From positions 24,428,001 through 24,492,000 of the forward strand of contig NC_088800.1 in the NCBI RefSeq assembly GCF_011386835.1: a stretch of DNA of 64,000 bases. Reading direction: 5' to 3'. This DNA is from Chrysemys picta bellii (Eukaryota). Made by a program: the position numbers and the translations under genes. Shown piece after piece: positions 25,964 to 37,093 of this stretch; the stretch's first letter is position 1; every line of letters begins with the position of its first letter. Below the pieces are notes generated by a model. That model saw nothing but the letters and a program-made list of their open reading frames with translations, had not been told where the DNA came from and searched no databases.

Positions 25964-27100
25964 TGTAACGCTCTGTACCTCGGGGGAACACCCTACACCC
26001 CCATGTTCATCCTTATAAAATGATTGTGTGGTATCCAATGTAACGTTTGTCATGTTGGGTGTCTTTGGAAGGCTCACGATGCACTGAGCATTGTTATTAT
26101 AGTAATTGTTGTTACAGTAATGTTATAGGTTGTAATTTCATATATATAGTTATGAGGCTGAAAATGTGTCTTCGTGGCTTAAAACAAGCCCAGCCAAAAC
26201 TCTCCAGGAATGGAGGGGCAGTTCACACCTCATCAGGGCATGTATGGGACAAATCTAGCCCAGCCTCACAGGAACAAAGGACACTGGCCTAGGCAGCAAC
26301 AAAGGATCTGTTGGACTCTCCAGTGAGTCACCCCCATTCCCTTGGTCAGCCAGGGACTACGATGAGGTAATGCTCACCTGACTCTGAAAGGGTGGGGGCA
26401 AAGCCAAGAGGGAAGGAAGAACATGATAAAAGGGAGAGATGTTTGTCCTGCTCTTCCTCTCTCTTCCACCTCCATCTACAGACATCACCACCAAGCGACT
26501 GAAGTGCTGATAAAAGGGGAGAGCCTGGCTGAAAGGCAACCAGCCAGCCTGTGGTGAGAAGCATATAAGTTTGAAAGAGTACTGAAAGTGTTAAGATCAG
26601 CTTAGAATGTGTTTTACTTCTATTTCATTTGACCAAATCTGACTTGTTATGTGTTGACCTATAATCACTTAAAATCTAGCTTTATAGTTAATAAATCTGT
26701 TTGTTTATTCTACCTGAAGCAGTGCATTTGGTTTGAAGCGTGTCAGAGACTCTCCTTGGGATAACAAGCCTGGTGCATATCAATGTCTTTGTTAAATTGA
26801 CGAATTCATATAAGCTTGCAGCATCCAGCAGGCATAATTGTACACTGCAAGATGGAGGTTCCTATGGTTGTATCTGGGACCGGAGATATTGACTAGTGTC
26901 ATTCAGTTTACACAGTCCACACAGCAGCTGGCCAAAAGTGCCCACTAATGTAGCTGGGAGCAGCTGACATACCAGAAGCTGTTCATGAACATCCCGGGAG
27001 TGGGGGTTCTCACAGCAGAGCAGGGTAAGGCTGGCTCCCAGAGTTGAGGATTAGAGTGACCTGGCAGATTGCCGGTCCAGATAACACCAGGGGAACATCA
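25964..27100 (+). mobile_element. Solo LTR (Gypsy/ERV-type), ~1.14 kb
   Basis: TGTAAC...CA ends, 5-bp TSD cacat (25959-25963 / 27101-27105; the end could be 27102), AATAAA 26690-26695. Confidence 0.85.
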
Positions 27101-28014
27101 CACATATTAATACTGGAGAAACTGAGACACATTGTCAATTAGTGGTAGAGCTGGGATTGGAACTCAGACTAGAAATCTGCAGCCATTCTCATGTTTACTC
27201 CAGCAGACCATGCTAAAGATACAGGCTTATTATTGAATTAAGACCCTTTTTGCAGGTTAACTAAAACTAAGATAACATTTTAAAACTTGTTTGTAGAGTT
27301 ACAGAATGATTTAGCTCTGAAATAACGTAATTGCTTCTACAAATAATGGAAAGCAAGCATCAGTCTAGCTAGAATGAGCTTGCCTATAAACTGACACTGC
27401 AGCTTGCTCATGGTTCTGCAGATTTCCTATACCTGAGGATTCCTACTGATGGCATTAAAATGCCAACACTGAGTAACAGTTAGCTACACAGTGGTTACAC
27501 GAATAAGAAGTAACTGTAAACCTGATGGGCTTTACTACAGGAGCTGATGGGAGGAGAAATCTGCAAAGTTTCCTCTCTGAGTTTTCTGTCCTGTCATTGC
27601 ATCAAGACAGTATGGAGTCTGCCTCTCCTCTCTCACGTAATATACTGTGGGGCACTTCCCTTCTCTCCCACCCCTTCCCCATATCCCTCAAATTTCTCAG
27701 AATCTCTGCAGTGCCCAGAAGGTCTGTGAGAGGCCATGTACATCCACATGGAATCTTTGTGCCGCCAGAACAGTTCCAGGCCCCTGTGGTTCTTCTGGCC
27801 TCCACTTTGGCAGCATGGGTCTAATGGAGCTGCTCTGCCAGGGTCTCTCCTGGCTGCAGCTGCCCTGGGCTTCCCCTATAGAGGGGGATCTTCACCAGTG
27901 GTGAGGTGTCCATGGCAGAAAGTAAGGCATACTTCAAAAAATTAGTTGTGTTTTGAAGGCTACTGCTGTTTGTTTTCCCTGCCTTCATAATTATCCTTCC
28001 CTACCATCTGTTGT

Positions 28015-28146
28015 CTCTTGTTTTATATTGTGAGTTCTTTGGGGCAGGGATTGTCTTTTTTGTTTTGTGTTTCAACAGCACAATGGGGTATTGGTCAATG
28101 ACTGGGGTTTCTAGCACTACAATAATAAAATTAATAAATAATAATA
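28015..28146 (+). mobile_element. L2/MIR-type 3' tail fragment
   Basis: ttgtgagttctttggggcagggattgtc...cacaatgggg...atgactgggg...(aat)n tail; related fragments near 14410-14520, 60730-60790 and 61440-61520. Confidence 0.6.
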
Positions 28147-28215
28147 AACAGTAATTCACAAGTCTGTTTGGGGAAATGTATCATGGCCTGTATCTTGTTG
28201 TATGTTGTTTTACAG

Positions 28216-28385
28216 TGAATGCCATAACTCCACAGACAGAATAAAAGTAAGAGTCTGGGATGAAGATGATGACATTAAATCTAGAGTAAAGCAACATTTC
28301 AAAAAGGAATCAGATGACTTTCTGGGACAAACAATCATTGAAGTGAGAACACTAAGCGGAGAAATGGATGTATGGTACAATTTAG
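28216..28385 (+). CDS. UNC13C: UNC13C coding exon (C2B: [56 protein letters not shown])
   Basis: Acceptor tacag 28211-28215, donor gtatt 28386; 170 nt; TT|T joins the previous exon in frame; [11 protein letters not shown] is the UNC13C-type variant; acidic Ca2+-binding loops intact. Confidence 0.97.
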
Positions 28386-28490
28386 GTATTAATCATTTTC
28401 TATTACTTAAAATTAGTTTAGAAAAAATCTCAAGATGTATAGTGTTGTGAACTTTGTAATGCATATTTGTGGTATGAAAATAATATTCCC

Positions 28491-28833
28491 CTTAATATAT
28501 AAAATTATACTCAGTTTTGGATTCCAGGTTTAAAAGGGTGGAATTAGATCTCACTTTTGAGTCAAATTTTAGAGAAATAATTGTCTGGCTATGCCAAAAG
28601 GACAGGAGACACCTGATATGATTTTAATCAGGTTGCAACTTTACTATTAGATGCCTGGGACTACCCGGCAGATAAAAGCGTACAGTGCGGGTAACTCCAT
28701 GTTCATTCAATATCTACCTGGAGGCTTCCGCCAACCTCCTTCTTAATATATAAAATTATATTCAGTTTTGGATTCCAGGTTCAGGTCAAGGTGGAATTAG
28801 ATCTCACTTTTGAGTCAGACTTAAGAAAAATAA
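28491..28833 (+). repeat. ~90-bp direct duplication (28491-28580, 28742-28833) flanking the LTR-like fragment
   Basis: cttaatatataaaattata(c/t)tcagttttggattccaggtt...ggtggaattagatctcacttttgagtca...aaataa occurs twice. Confidence 0.9.
28582..28741 (-). mobile_element. Terminal fragment of the LTR-like element also found at 56572
   Basis: Aligns by eye (~75-80%) with 56572-56730 (aaggacaggagacac...attttaatcagg...gggactacccggcagataaa). Confidence 0.7.
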
Positions 28834-30738
28834 AACTTTATTTAAAGATTGAATAGCAGGCCAATTAAAGCAATTCCTACTCCAAAAGACAAATTTTTGA
28901 TTTAATTCAAAATGAGATCATTTCAAAGGATTTGGTAGATAGTTTTGCTACAGCTATCGGGATAGTGTAAATAAATACCTCATATCACTTTATTCACATC
29001 TCATTGTATGTGAAATGAATCACATATAGAAACACATAGAATCATTTGCTTACTGAGAATCAAATAATAATCATGTTATCATTTAATATATGTTTCTGTA
29101 TAGTCCTGGGCCTAATTCTCCTTTGACATTTCACTTGTGCTCGTCTGTTATCATTGGACTCTCTTCTAATTTATACCCATGTAACAGAGATGAGAATAAG
29201 GCCCATGATTACACACAATGTGCCAATTTGTATTTGTTCAAATAATTAATGTTTGCAAGTAGATGTTAGCTTACATAAAGATAAGCATGCAATATTGCTT
29301 TTTTTCTGAAGCAAGTTTGTATCCACTAGATGTGCTGTAACTCAAGTACTATCCTCCTCTACTTGTTTGATAATATAAATATGCTAACAACGTTTCATCT
29401 AGATTGCCTGCTCTGCAAAAGGTAAATTATCTAACAGGGAGTTTGCCAAAGTTGGAACACATGTGTTTTCTGGGCAAAAATCTTTATCACGCAGTGTAAT
29501 ATCCTTATTTCTCCACTGTTCTACTCAATGTTTCGTTAGCCATTGAAATATACGGACATGTAAAGAAAAACTTTTGATTCTTTGCAGCAAATTAAACAAA
29601 TCTTTTAGCCATGTGTTTTTATATTTGTACACAGAGTAATTTTTTAATAAGATAAACAAGTCATTGTCATCCTGAAAGATTTCCTTAGTATCTTTCAATT
29701 GATAAAACTGATACAATAATAGAAAGCAATTGACAAAACTGATGCCTCAAAAATTGTTGCTTAACTGATTTGATTGGAAGCAATTTAATGTTGAAAATAC
29801 ATACCCTTATTGTATAACTGGAGAAAAGAAAGAAAAAGTATAGACTGCAAAGCTTTTAACTGTCTTCTACAATAAACTTTATAGGTGGCTCCTGATAATT
29901 GTAATATCTTAAAAAGGAGGATGGTATATGTCATTCTAGTGCCCACACACACACATTTCGGGGGGGGGGGAGGGAGTTTCAAAAAAGAAATGCATTGGAT
30001 TAGTAAAAGTGCCAGATTCTTACTCCTTATACCATTCCCTTTATTCATGATTCATTTCACAGCACGGTACAAAGGATTTATTTAAAAAAAAAACGTAATG
30101 CTTGTTAAATCAGATTACACTGCTTGAATGGACTGGAATAATAATAGGTGAAATCAAAGAACAGCTGTCAGCATAAGAAGCAGTAGTAACTTGATAAACT
30201 AATATAGATGGCTTCATGCAAAGTTCTCAAGATGTTTTCTTCAGTATGATTCAGCCCCAGTTGAGGAATCACGCCTATGCACAGAATTTGGAGTTTCCCC
30301 TCAGGCATGGATGTCTTTGAGGCTGTTGGTGCTGCCCATGGGGAAGCACCAATAGTAATAATAAAATAGTAAATAAGAAATAGGTGAATTAACTCATTTC
30401 CTTTAAAAGAAAGTAGTACACACATTTGTGTACAACCTATTTTGAGTTTGTTTGGGTGACAAATTATGGGAGATTTGTTACTTCACGGCAAGATATTGCA
30501 GTCCATGGTCTGGACCATATGGGAGCTCAGGTTTGCAAAAATATCAAAAATGACATTACATTAGAAATTCCTAACTATGGAAATCAATATATGTTGTGCT
30601 CAACAGCTGGACTTTGGAGGCATAGAAAACATTACAGTATTTGGACCGAAACAATTTTTAGAACTGCAGTAGTGTTTCTCTGTTTTGACAGAAATGTATT
30701 CTTGGTAAAAATTAACAATTATTTTTCTGTTTCTTCAG

Positions 30739-30854
30739 AAAAACGAACAGATAAATCAGCTGTCTCTGGTGCCATTAGGTTGAAAATCAACGTTGAAATA
30801 AAAGGAGAGGAGAAAGTTGCTCCATACCATGTGCAATACACATATTTACATGAG
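30739..30854 (+). CDS. UNC13C: UNC13C coding exon ([39 protein letters not shown])
   Basis: Acceptor ttcag ending 30738, donor gtatgt 30855; 116 nt; G|AA joins in frame; [10 protein letters not shown] is UNC13C-type. Confidence 0.97.
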
Positions 30855-32952
30855 GTATGTTGGTGAAGTTTGTTCATGTACAAGATCATTTTGCTACATA
30901 GAAATTAAATAAATAGAGAACATAGGGCTATGAAGGCTAGAACAGTGATACATTTAGTTTCACTTCAACACGTTTTTCAGTTAAAACTCTTGGAATATGT
31001 ATCGATGATTGAATCTCATGACCAGATTCAAAGTTATTGTATCCAAGGAAGAGAGACTGATATGCTACTACATCAGCAGATTAGTCTTGCCAAATGGTTA
31101 GAAAGTAGAAATAGGTGAAATGGCCATGTGACTTCCTAAGCTTTGCTTCTGCAGTTCTCTACGCTCTACATGTTAAATGCCAGTCATATGCTTGTTAATA
31201 TCATCAAGAATACTAGGATTGTATTTGTTTATTTTTAAATTATTAAAAAAAACCCCTCCAGAATACATATGCTCCCACATCATCCATGGGAGACATGAGA
31301 AATCAGTGATGCAATGTTTAGGATAGTTGACACACAGGCCATAGCAATCCATATGGAGCAGTGTTTCCCTTCCTGGGGGCTGACTGGTCAGTTCTTTCTC
31401 AGTCAGATTTCCGGTTAGTTTCATTTGGACTTTGTCTACAATAGAAGTCCAGGATCAAATTGTGTTGGCAGAGCTTTACATGGAATTAGGAAAGCATCTA
31501 ATAAAATATTAGACTTTTTTTTTCTCCTGCTCATGCCATATAGTTTTCAGATTTTAACTACTGACCTAGGTGGCTTATTTCTAATTTTAGATCCTTAGGA
31601 GGACTTAGGATGTGATTAGGAATAAATAATATGAAAGATAGAGGGTGGGAGAGCAAGGGAGACTCTTCATTCGCTGTGTGAACAAAGGACAATATCTTAT
31701 TATCTATGTACGTCCCGTCCTTCGATTCATTGAAGGGTGCCTTGCAGTGTACAGCAGCACTGGTAGATGAGCATTAATATCTCTGCAATGTCCCAGAAAA
31801 ATAATAATATGAGGACAGGCAGAAGAATTCCTGGGAATGATGGTGAGAAACAAGCAGCACCAAGAGTAGACGGCCTTTGACATAAATTAAAAGAAAATTA
31901 ATCACAAATAAATGCAGCAGCTACTTGAGAGCATCTCTGTGTCCATTAATTCCTGTTTGCATCAGACTGGCCCACCATTTAATTTTTATCCCCCAAGCAC
32001 AAGAAAATAGATAAATGTTGTATGGGTGTGCTATGAAAGGTACAGTACTAAAGCTCTAAAGGGTATCTACAAAAATGTCTCTAAGGTATAGTTGCATTGG
32101 GCACGTGTCTTCATGCACAGTGTGTGTATCTAAGTTGTATAGGGCCCAGATCAGCTTCACTTTGAAGTGAATGGCGGAACACCATTAATATCAATGGTGC
32201 AGGATCACCCGCTACATGGTTATGGACTGGGCTAAAGAGAAATGGTTGTGTAAAGGTAAAATGGAGATCTCAAAATTGTTGGTCATCTTTTGTCATTGAA
32301 AATATCCAGGAAACTGAATTCAACAGTCCTGTTTTTTGGATTTGTTTGTAGCTAAGCCAGGCAATCTGAGAAGAACAAATTCTCTGTCATTGCATGCAAA
32401 TTAAATGCTAGCTCTTGCTGTGAAGGTTGCTAAACCCTGATCCTTGCTATGTCCCTTTGTTCTTTGAGCAATTTCTGAGATATTCTTAACTAATTGCCTA
32501 TAATTCAGAATTTTTAAATCATGAAACTTGAAATTCATTGGTTAAAAATCCAATTCAAGCTGCTGGACAGTTCAGTGAGCATTATAACATAATGATATAA
32601 TTCATTAACAAGGGCACATAAGACAAAAGAGAAACTTCCTGCACTATTTTGTATAGCATTAGAATTGTCTCTGTTGGCAATGGTTAACTGAAATGACCTT
32701 ATGTCAAGGAGATAGATCAGGTTGCTGAATCACTAGCCTGCACTGGGAGAGCTCCATTTAAAAAGTATTTTTAAAGCTTTAGTCTTTCCTCTCCAAATGA
32801 TGGTTAGTTTGGTATTAGTAATTGCAGAGGCAAACAAAAATTGAAATTAATGAATATTCTGAAAAAATATTTTATAATATAGAATAGACTTATATAATGC
32901 CACATAAATATTGAAATTTCCCATTAATTTGAAAAAAATCTCTTACCTTTAG

Positions 32953-33116
32953 AACCTATTCCATTATTTGACTGAAGTTAAATCTAATGGTGGTGTAAAA
33001 ATCCCTGAAGTGAAAGGAGATGAAGCCTGGAAGGTATACTTTGATGCTGCTGCACAAGAAATTGTAGATGAATTTGCAATGCGTTATGGAATTGAATATA
33101 TTTATCAAGCTATGAC
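32953..33116 (+). CDS. UNC13C: UNC13C coding exon ([55 protein letters not shown]); absent from the ORF track
   Basis: Manual translation; acceptor tttag ending 32952, donor gtaagt 33117; 164 nt; phase 0 in, phase 2 out. Confidence 0.96.
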
Positions 33117-34069
33117 GTAAGTATATCATTTCTAATTTTTAAAAAATCTATCAGAGTAGAGTGAAGAATTCAAAACCTTCGTCCTTGTTTCTTCTTTTCA
33201 AATGCAATCCTGATCAAAAAAGTCTGTCTCTTAAATCTATTTCTCAAAGAATACTCAGAGTGAAGTACTTCCCAGTTAACAGTAGAAATGTGAAAATGTT
33301 TTATTAGCTATTATTTTTATCCGCAGAGTATACTTACCAATAGACCATCATAATCTCTGTGGGCCAGATCCAGAGCCCATTGCGGTCAGTGGAAAGACTC
33401 TCATTTTCATCATGGCTTTGGTTCAGTCCAAATTATTTTTGGATTAATCAATAAATCAGTAGGTGTAGTGATATAACATCAGTCCCAGAAGTACAGAAAA
33501 CTTAATGGTGATGTCAATAATACAGTAGTACATTTTCACAATTTTATATATAAAGTATGCTGACCACAACTTCAAAAACTTGTAGGTGATTTGTAGTGGC
33601 ACTAGATAATCTAAATTGAAATACCCTCTGGTCACATTAGAACAGGGCCCCTTACTTAAGGGGCTTTGTGTCTGGAGCTTAAAGGAGAATAATTCTCCAT
33701 TATACACAATATATTTGCCCAGTGGAAAATCTGTCAGTATAAAAGGACCAAATTCTGCTTTCAACCATGCTCACGGAAATCCAGATGAATATTATTAAAT
33801 TCACTAACACTACAAAAGTTGCTGTTATAGATCTTTTTTAATTATTATTATTCAGGCATGTATCTTGTTTCCACCATTTCTTGATAGTATATTTTAAAAA
33901 CAAAGTATCTTCTCTTATAATGCTAAGGCACATAAACCCCAAAGTTTTTCATCACAGGATTTAATGGCACCATCTATTGCAATGGTTATTTCTTTTATTT
34001 ACTGCATCTTATTGTTAAATATTGTACTGGATCTCTATCTGCAAGGTAGGAGGGCATTTGTGTATTTAT

Positions 34070-34265
34070 ATGCACTTGTTTAGTGCAACTCCTCCAAGGA
34101 TCTCAAAGCACATTGGACAAATGAATTAGTTAAACCTTGCAATTCCCCTCTGGTATTATTAAATCCATGCTACATGTAGGGAAACTCATGCACAGGGTGT
34201 GCATACGTAGAACCTAAACCTCTGATTCCCAGTTCCCTGCTCTAACCACTAGATGCATTTACTCT
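34070..34265 (-). mobile_element. MIR-like SINE
   Basis: ccaaggatctcaaagcac...agggaaact...ttcccagttccctgctctaaccactaga is the reverse complement of MIR-like segments. Confidence 0.6.
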
Positions 34266-35322
34266 CTCTCCTTTATCTTTCCATTACCTTTGTACATCGT
34301 TACATCTTGCTTAAAGAGGTGAACTATTACTTAATGTACTATTATAATTTTATAGCTAGATTTATTTCTATTGTACAATGTTCCCATAAATGATTTAGGA
34401 CCAAGTCCTTTAAAGAGAAATGACATTTATTTTATAGTATAAAACAATGCAGTGTATGGTGCCTACTGCCTTCACTTCCTTGATGAAAACAAAAACAACA
34501 CTGGTTTCTACTCCATGATAAACTCTTGAGAGTTAAGGCCTAGGCATGAGATGCCTTTCTCAGAAAAAAACAGGTCTGATTCTCTGTCACAAAGTTCCCT
34601 TCTAACTACCCCTTGGGTTTGACTGGTTATCTCACTGAGGGATAAATGTGCATCAGTCAGAGATCTTTCGCTGAAAAATGTCTTTACTGATATATATATA
34701 TATATTTTTTTTTTTACTTCATGATGACTAGATAAAAAAATCTATTGGAAAGTTTGAGAGTACTGTCATTTTTCCACAGGGTGATTTAAATCTAACTATT
34801 TCTGGATTTCAAATATGATGTAAGCTAGGGTTGTATGTTTGGTTCTTTTGGATTAAGGTTTTCATTTAGTAGTAATAAAAATAGAAAGATTATTTTTTCA
34901 TATAAAGAGGAAACTGCAATTTTCAATTGGTAAATAATGTAACAACAGCCTGATTTTCATCATAAAAAAAGGAAGAGAAACAGAACTGAGCAAATACTGC
35001 AACACATTTTCTAAGAATCTTCATTCCCTTTATTTTTTATGAATTGGCTTAGATTGGTTTGTCCCCTTTTTGTGTTTGCCATCCACAAATATTCTATGAA
35101 CTGATTTTGTCAGGAATTCCAAACTAGAAATTGTAAAGCAAACATTATAGAATATTGCAGAATGTGAATTTCAGATTCATAATCACAAGTAATTTCACCA
35201 GAACCTGGAGACTAAGAATTATGATCATCCAGTCAGGGAAAAGAAGCCTATCATGACCTATTACGTTTTAAATTTTGTGTGCTCACAGTGAATGGCTCAT
35301 ATATAAGTTACAGACCAAGTAT

Positions 35323-35507
35323 CAGAGGGGTAGCTGTGTTAGTCTGAATCTGTAAAAAGCAACAGAGGGTCCTGTGGCACCTTTAAGACTAACAGAAGTA
35401 TTGGAGCATAAGCTTTCGTCTGATGAAGTGGGCATTCACCCATGAAAGCTTACACTCCAATTCTTCTGTTAGTCTTAAAGGTGCCACAGGACCCTCTGTT
35501 GCTTTTT
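35323..35507 (-). mobile_element. Fold-back Penelope-like pLTR insertion (family B), with + strand hammerhead core (35416-35455)
   Basis: Tail on the left (35323-35353), ~65-bp inverted arms, 13-bp TSD acagaccaagtat (35310-35322, 35508-35520). Confidence 0.85.
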
Positions 35508-36159
35508 ACAGACCAAGTATTGTTTGTTTAAATTAATTGGCAATAATTAATTTTGAATAATGAGCATGTTCACAAACCTGTGGACAATTTGTGAATAAAA
35601 AACGGATAATTTATCAAGTAAATTTTATGTAGTGAATTATTCAGCCAAATCTAATGGGCAACTCATAAGAGTATGTGCACTCATACAGCTCAAGAGAGCA
35701 TCTTGGTAATACTGCAGTTCTACTGCAAGGAGTTTTCTTTCGGGGTGATCATCAATTGGCTTTGCTTGTGTTTATGAAAAGACATCTTTTTTGTGGAGTA
35801 TCTTTAACAACCAAGACAAATTTTGTAGTTTCTTGCTTTGGAGAATTGAGTGACCAGAATAAAGAGCAGATCCCATGTGGTAAATATATCTCCAGTCTAA
35901 AAGAAAAGCAATTTTCCAGTATACAACAGAAAGAGAATTTGAATGTAATTACTTGGCTCAGAGGAACACTTTGTAAGCATTTGACACTCCAAGTTCTGGT
36001 TTGCAGACTCTGTCCATTTCATCTCTTTTGGTAAAATTCACAAAAAGCACAACAACTGGCACTGATTAATACCTTTGTTGTTGTTCTCTTCAGAGAGGTT
36101 AAGTGGCCACAGAGACCCTTTCATCCTTAGACCTTATCCTTCCAGGAAAGGCCTGAGGT

Positions 36160-36926
36160 TAGGGTTTCCAGGTATCCATTTTTTTACCAGAACGCCAAGT
36201 CGAAAAGGGACCCTGGTGGCTCTGGTCAGCACTGCTAACTGGGCTGTTAAAAGTCCGATCAGCGGTGCTGCAGGTCTAAAGCAGGGAACCACAGCCAATG
36301 GGAGCTGGGGGGGGGGGGGGGGGAGGGTGGTGCCTGCTGGCAAAAGCAGTGCGCAGAGCCTCCTGCGCCCCTCCCCCCCGCACCTAGGAGCCGGACCCGC
36401 GGACCTGCGGCTGACCACTTCCGCAGCTTAGCGCAGTGCCAGGACAGGAAGGGAGCCTGCCTTAGCCCCGCTGTGCTGCTGACCAGGAGCTGACCGAGAT
36501 AAGCCTGTGCCCCAACTCCAAGCCCCCTGCCCCAGCCCTGAGCCCTCCCCAAACCCTAAACCCCCTCCTACACCCCAAACCCCTCATCCCCAGCCCCAAG
36601 CCCTCACCCCCTCCCACATCCCAACCCCCTGCCTCAACCCACAGCTCTCTCCCGCACTCCGAATCCCTTGGCCCCGCCCCCAGCCTGGAGCCCCCTCCTG
36701 CATCCCAACCCCTCATTCCCAGACCCACCTCAGAGCCCTCACCCCATCCTGCACCCCAACCCTCTGCCCCAGCCCAGTGAAAGTGAGTGAGGGTTGGGGA
36801 GAGTGAGCCACCAAGGGAGGGGGAATGTAGTGAGCAGGGGTGGAGCCTTGGGGAAGGGGCGGGGCCTCGGGGAAGGCACAGGGCTAGGATACTTGGTTTT
36901 GTGCAATTAGAAAGTTAGCAACCCTA
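36160..36926. mobile_element. hAT MITE with C-rich internal minisatellite
   Basis: TIRs tagggtttcca / tagcaacccta; 8-bp flanks cctgaggt / tctgagtt (6/8); internal ccccctcctgcaccccaac-type repeats. Confidence 0.85.
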
Positions 36927-37093
36927 TCTGAGTTACAATGGATGGGGATGGGGCAGTGGGAAAAGGCTTGCAAAGCCACTGCCGATGCAATAGCTGTTCT
37001 GTATGTCAGTCATGAACTCCTGTCTCCAGAGCTGCAGCTCTGCAACTCCTCCAGCTACACTTACTTCACCATAATCCTGTATTGAGCTACTGG

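Noticed and set aside
30855-32952. Intron probably paralogous to the UNC13A intron with the TDP-43-repressed cryptic exon
   Set aside because: The paralogy is from memory only; there is no extended UG-rich tract and no convincing cryptic exon here.
36500-36800. Pro-rich ORFs and G-quadruplex-like tract
   Set aside because: Internal C-rich minisatellite of the hAT MITE 36160-36926; explained by the repeat.
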